Origin: Dictyostelium discoideum
Lineage: Eukaryota
Length of the DNA: 64,000 nucleotides
Assembly: GCA_000004695.1 (NCBI GenBank)
Contig: CM000150.2
Coordinates: 4,736,001 to 4,800,000, forward strand
Reading direction: 5' to 3'
This document shows, piece by piece, positions 59,072 through 64,000 of the stretch. Numbering within the stretch: the first letter of the stretch is position 1; every line of letters starts with the position of its first letter. Position numbers and translations under genes: made by a program. The notes under the pieces were generated by a model. The model had not been told where the DNA came from, searched no databases, and saw only the letters and a list, made by a program, of their open reading frames with translations.

Positions 59072-59650
59072 ATGATTAGATCCAGAAATTCAAATCCAAA
59101 TAGATTGAAAAATCTATTTTTAAACAAATATAGCTTTTTCTTATTTATTACAATTATATTATATTATTATTTTTCTTTTAATATTCAAAAGACAATTGAT
59201 CACCAACCAATTACAGTCCACTCAGAAACACAACCACAACAAAAAGAACCAATAAATAAATTACAATATGTTCAAAAATTAATTGATGATAATAAATTAA
59301 TAATATTTTCAAAAACTTATTGTGGCTTTTCAAAGAGAATTAAACAATTATTTAAAACAATTGATGGTGTAACACCAATGATTGTTGAATTGGATATAAT
59401 AGATGATGGAACTGAAATTCAATCAATTTTAAGTGGAATATCAAACATTCGTACAGTTCCTCAACTTTTTATTAATGGTAAATTCATTGGTGGAAATGAT
59501 GGTAAGTTTTTTTTATTTTATTTTTGGAAGAAAAAACTTTTACTAACTTGGAATTTTTTTTTTTTTCCCAAAAATAAATAATTAGCAACTCAACAATTAC
59601 ATTCAGAAGGAAAACTGATACCTTTATTAAAGGAAGCAAATCTTTTATAG
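59072..59650 (+). CDS. Glutaredoxin with an N-terminal hydrophobic anchor or targeting segment and a CGFS active-site motif. Exons 59072..59501 and 59586..59650; about 164 aa.
   Basis: KLIIFSKTYCGFSKRIKQLF...TVPQLFINGKFIGGNDG is a glutaredoxin fold (active site C-G-F-S; TVP cis-Pro; GG motif). Donor G|GTAAGT at 59502, intron with TACTAAC at 59550, acceptor AATTAG at 59585, then ATQQLHSEGKLIPLLKEANLL*. Residues 20-37 (SFFLFITIILYYYFSFNI) are hydrophobic. Confidence 0.7.
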
Positions 59651-59726
59651 TTTTTTTTTTTTTTTTTTTTTTTAAATTTTAATATAAAATGTTTATTTAC
59701 AGGATTGATTGACTGAATGAATGTGT

Positions 59727-59787
<61 letters not shown>

Positions 59788-59839
59788 CTTTTTTAAATGT
59801 ATTACTACTTAATTGAGGACAATATATGATGAAGTTTCA

Positions 59840-62574
59840 CTAATCCCAACTTTCTTCAATGGTTGGAATATCAGATAATGTATCTAATAATGGATTACCA
59901 CTAGAGTCAGTTGTTGATGTAGTTGTGGTTGAATTACTTGAGTTAACACGATGTTGTTCAATTGGTTCATTTGGAGCACTAGAAGCAGTTGAAGAGGCAG
60001 TGGTGGCAGAGTTGTTATTGTTGTTATTATTATTATTATTGTTGTTATTACTGCTGTTATTATTATTATTACTACTTGTAGTAGTATTATTGAATTTACT
60101 AGTGAATGGTGGAGTTGAAATTGTTGGATTTTCTTCATGAGCATTTGCAAGTCTATGAACTTCATCTTTAACAGATTCTTTAATATCTTCTCTGAGATAT
60201 TCTTTTAATTCATCATTAAATTCTTTTTTGAAACCATCACGAATCTCATGATTTGGATCATCAACACCCAATTGATTCTCCCAATCATCGATTTGTTCAT
60301 TGAGTTCTTCTTCCACTTCACTATCGGATAATTCATCAATGATTTCATCTATTTCTTTATCCATTTCCTCTTCAAATTCTTGTTTATTGAATTTCTTTTC
60401 TTGATTATTGTTTAATTCTTTTTCATTTTCCAATTTCTCTTCAATTTCATTCTCATCTTGAACTAAATCATCATCAATTAATGATTTTGCTTCTTTTAAT
60501 TCATTCTCTTGTTTTAATTCCTTTTCAACTTGATCTGATAGATCGAATTCATTCAAATGATTTAATTTATCATTTTCTTCAACTGGATCAAATGAGAATG
60601 AAATCTTTGGTTTTAATTCCTCTTCTTCTTCTTCCTTTGGTTCTTCTTCTGGTTCTTCATTTTCTTCTTCTTCTTCTTCTTCTTCTTCTGGTTCTTCTTC
60701 TTCCTCTTCCTCTGGTACAACTTCATCATTCATTATATTATTATTTAATAATTGAGGAACCATTACATCATTATCATCACCATCAAATTCTTGATCTTCT
60801 TGTTCACTTTCATCAAGAATTCTTCTTTTTAAAATTTCATTTTCAATTTCTTTTTCCAATTGTTTTTGTAATTTTTGTTCTTCAATTCTTTCAATTTCTT
60901 GTTCTAATTGATCGATAATACCTTGTTCATTTTCTTTTTCAATTTGTTGTTCACCAAATTCTTCATCATTATCTTCTTGTTCTTCTTGTTCTTCTTCCTG
61001 TTCTTCTTCCTGTTCTTCTTCTTGTTCTTCTTCTTGTTCTTCTTCTTGTTCTTCTTCTTCTTCTTGTTCACTTTCTTCTTGTCTTCTCTTTTTAATTTCG
61101 GTTTCAATTTCTTTTTCTAATTGTTTTTGAATTTCTTGTTCTTCTTCTTTTTCCATTTGACTATCTAATTCATCAACAATGTTTTGATCTTCTTTACTTA
61201 ATTTTTGATAATTTAATTCTTTTGGTTTTAAATCTTTAATTGTATCAAATGAAAGAGGAATATTTGCAGTACGTTTTGAAAGAATAGGTTTAACATCAAT
61301 TTGCATTGGTGATTGTTCAACTACACCCAAGGTATGAGATGGAAATTGTGGATGATGTTTCATTGCTGATTTTTCAACTTTTTTACTTTGTTTTGGACTT
61401 GCAATTGTTGATTCAGATTTTGATTTTGATAAATTGAAACGAACACTCTTACGAGGGACAAATGCATTGGCAGTTGGTTTTAAAACTGATGTTGATTTAT
61501 TCATATTTCTTAATTGTGTTAAACGACTACCACCAGTATTTGATTGTAATTGTTGTTGTTGTTGTTGTTGTAGTTGTTGAAGTTGTTGTGGTGATTGTTG
61601 TAGTTGTTGTTGTTGTTGATTTTTAACACCACCATGTTCTTTATAATAACTATGGATACATTCATCTAATAGAATTGGGAATAAATGTTTAATTGCTCTT
61701 GGAATGTGTTCTTTACCTTTAACATTTTTATTCCAAATATGAATCATGTTGAAATCCATTCCTTGTTTCTTTCTAATTGAAATTCCACAAATATCATCAT
61801 TATCTTGTAAATATGAACTAAATTGTTCACCAATAACGGATAAAACCAATTCATTCCAAACTTCATCTCTTTTTTAATTTAAAAAAAAAAAAAAAAATAA
61901 TTAATAACATTTTAAATTATTTTTTATTTTATTTATTTCTTTCTTAATCAAATAAACTTACGTTTGGTGTTTTTTAACCTTCATTACAAATTCACCACCA
62001 TCTTGATTCTCTTCCCAAATTGGACGTGTTCCTTTTTTAAATAGATGAAAGCATGAATTATTTGGTAATTTGGATAAACTTGGGATTATATTGAAACAAT
62101 TCCAAAAAGCCTTTTGTTTTTATTTTTTAAAAAAAAAAAAAAAAAAAAAATAAAATAAAATATATAAAAATAATTAATTAAAATAATAATAATAAAAAAA
62201 AATTAGTATTTGTTTATTTTATTAAATTATTTATAATTTTTATTTTTAAAAAAAATAAAAATAAACAGTAAAAAAAAAAAAAAAAAAAAAAAATTAATTA
62301 ATTAATACATTACTTGAATTGTTGAAAATGAATTTAATTGAGTTAATGCATTTAAATATTCATCAATTGAGGCAACTGAATTATTATTATTTGTGTAATG
62401 ATCTTCCCAAAATGACCATTCATTTTCTAATACTAATTCTTCATGAACATCTTTATGTTGAAGTGGTTGAGGATTTTCAGATGATAATTGTTGAGGTTGA
62501 TGTTCTTGAGCGATGAAAATTTGTTTCTTTTTTTTATTTTCCTTATCAGTGAAACTATTTAAAAATATTTCAGT

Positions 62575-62577
<3 letters not shown>
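59840..62577 (-). CDS. eIF4E-family cap-binding protein with a long, highly acidic (Glu-rich coiled-coil), polyQ- and polyN-containing C-terminal extension. Exons complement(62314..62577), complement(61962..62110) and complement(59840..61868); about 813 aa.
   Basis: Exon 1 ..ELVLENEWSFWEDHYTN..YLNALTQLNSFSTIQ has the eIF4E W..W..F and DFW-like elements. Exon 2 AFWNCFNIIPSLSKLPNNSCFHLFKKGTRPIWEENQDGGEFVMKVKKHQ parallels eIF4E FWALYNHIQ..S.L..G.DY.LFKDGIEPMWED..N..GGRW. Exon 3 ..DEVWNELVLSVIGEQFSSYLQDNDDICGISIRKKQGMDFNMIHIWNKN parallels [41 protein letters not shown]. Donors CAA|GTAATG (62313) and AC|GTAAGT (61961); acceptors AAAACAAAAG (62111) and AAAAAAG (61869). All junctions are phase-consistent. 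Confidence 0.65.
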
Positions 62578-62607
<30 letters not shown>

Positions 62608-64000
62608 TATTTTTAAAATTTATAATTATTTCTATAATTTCAAAAAAAAAAATATATTTAAATTTTTTATTTCTATTATTCTTTTTTTTTTATTTTATAT
62701 TTTTTTTTTTAAAAAATAAAAAAATTGTTTAAAAAAAAACCTTTTAATTTTATGGAATCTTTAAAAAAAAAAAAAAAAAATTAATTAAAAAATTAAAAAT
62801 AAAAAAATTAAAAAAAAAAAAATTAAAAAAAGGAAATAATTTCATTATTTTACTTATAAAAGAAAAAAAAATTCAAGATCTGGAATTAAGAAATTTAAGT
62901 TTGAGGTCCTTTTTTCATTTAAGTGAATTTATAAAATCTACATCAAACCCCCTTTTAAAAATCATATATATATTTTAAAAATAATATTAAATGGAAATTT
63001 ATTATAATTGATAATTAATATCATTTTTTTTTTTTTATTTTTTTTTATTTTTTTTTATTTGTTAAAATTTAAATAGATTATAAAGAATTGTTTTAATAAA
63101 AAAAAAAACAAAAAAAAAAAAATTATAATAAAAAAAGATAAAATAGTTATTTTTTAGTTTTATTTATTAAAAAAAAAAATTTGATTTTTCTTAATTAATT
63201 CAAATGTTTATGGTATAATAATTTTTTTTTTTAAATAATTTTTTTTTTACTTTTTATTATTTTATTAATCTTGTGATAGAAAAAAAAAAAAAGAAATGTA
63301 AATTCATTTATTATTTTTTATCTAAATTTCTATAAATATCAGCTTGATTAAAATAAATTAAAAACAGTGTTTAATGAATTATTTTTCAATGTTAATAAAA
63401 ATTTGACATATGAAAACTTTTTATTTTTAGAATTTTTTAAATCTGGATTATTTTATTATTTTTTTTATATTATTTTTTTCCAACACCCCACACTAGCCAA
63501 ATTTGACATTAAAAAAATAATAATAAATACACCAATCAAATAAAAAATTTTTTTTTTTTTGTTTTTATATCTATAAATTAAATAATTGAAAAAAAATATC
63601 TAATAAAAAAAAACTGAATGAATCTATTTCCTGGTCATTGTTTTTAAAAGAAATGTGTTATTAGTTTTTTAATTTTCATTTGCTCAATATATAAAAAAAA
63701 AGATAATAATAATTTTAAATTTTTTTTTTTTTTATCCAAAAAATACTTAGGATAATTTAATTTTTTTTATTTTTCATTTTTTAATATTAATTCATTTTTT
63801 ATTATTCAGTTGTATATTTTTTTATTTTTTAAAAAAAAAAAAATAATTTAAATTTTCGCCACATCAATTTATAAATCAAACTTAAAAAAAAAAAAAAAAA
63901 AGTGGTGTTTTTTAATTTTTAATTTTTATATTTCTTACCTACTATTAAAATTCGCCCATCATATGAAATTAAAAAAGATAAATTAAACATCTTATTTATT

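Overview
This window is not prokaryotic. It is an AT-rich (~75-80% A+T) eukaryotic nuclear segment with the hallmarks of Dictyostelium discoideum. Intergenic and intronic sequence is almost pure A/T homopolymer. Introns are short (80-200 bp) and GT..AG. Coding regions carry long CAA/AAT trinucleotide tracts that encode polyQ/polyN. Many ORFs in the track are fragments of spliced genes; the track often starts them at TTG or GTG because the real start lies in an upstream exon. I reconstructed about 19 protein-coding genes by joining ORFs across canonical GTAAGT-type donors and AT-rich acceptors in consistent phase, and by matching products to conserved families. In window order they are: eEFSec/SelB (3' part); a CUE/UBA-like plus giant Q/N/T-rich protein; an orphan 746-aa tail-anchored protein; a 6-exon LRR+EGF single-pass membrane protein; CPSF2 (CPSF-100); a small S/T-rich ORF; DEAD-box helicase DDX49/Dbp8; a C2 + triple calpain-domain-III protein; Raptor; ORC3, possibly with PHD-finger 5' exons; leukotriene A4 hydrolase (M1 peptidase); a 77-aa ORF; a K/E/S-rich nuclear-type protein; Sec16; LSM12; a DOCK-family GEF (~2176 aa); a TM + RING-finger E3-like protein; a membrane-anchored CGFS glutaredoxin; and an eIF4E-family protein with a long acidic tail. 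I found no rRNA, no tRNA, no CRISPR array, no prokaryotic defence or mobile system, and no intact transposon. The most unusual local structure is a gene-remnant patch at 39.3-40.2 kb: an orphan VPS13/ATG2-C-like fragment, a kinase-subdomain-IX-like fragment, and a 58-bp direct repeat pair. Also notable are a 28-bp near-perfect hairpin in a GC-richer convergent intergenic island at 18.76-18.86 kb, an A13 homopolymer that terminates one gene while the +1 frame continues into a canonical splice donor, and a possible PHD-finger-ORC3 fusion. All splice models and coordinates were derived by hand from the sequence and may be off by 1-3 nt.
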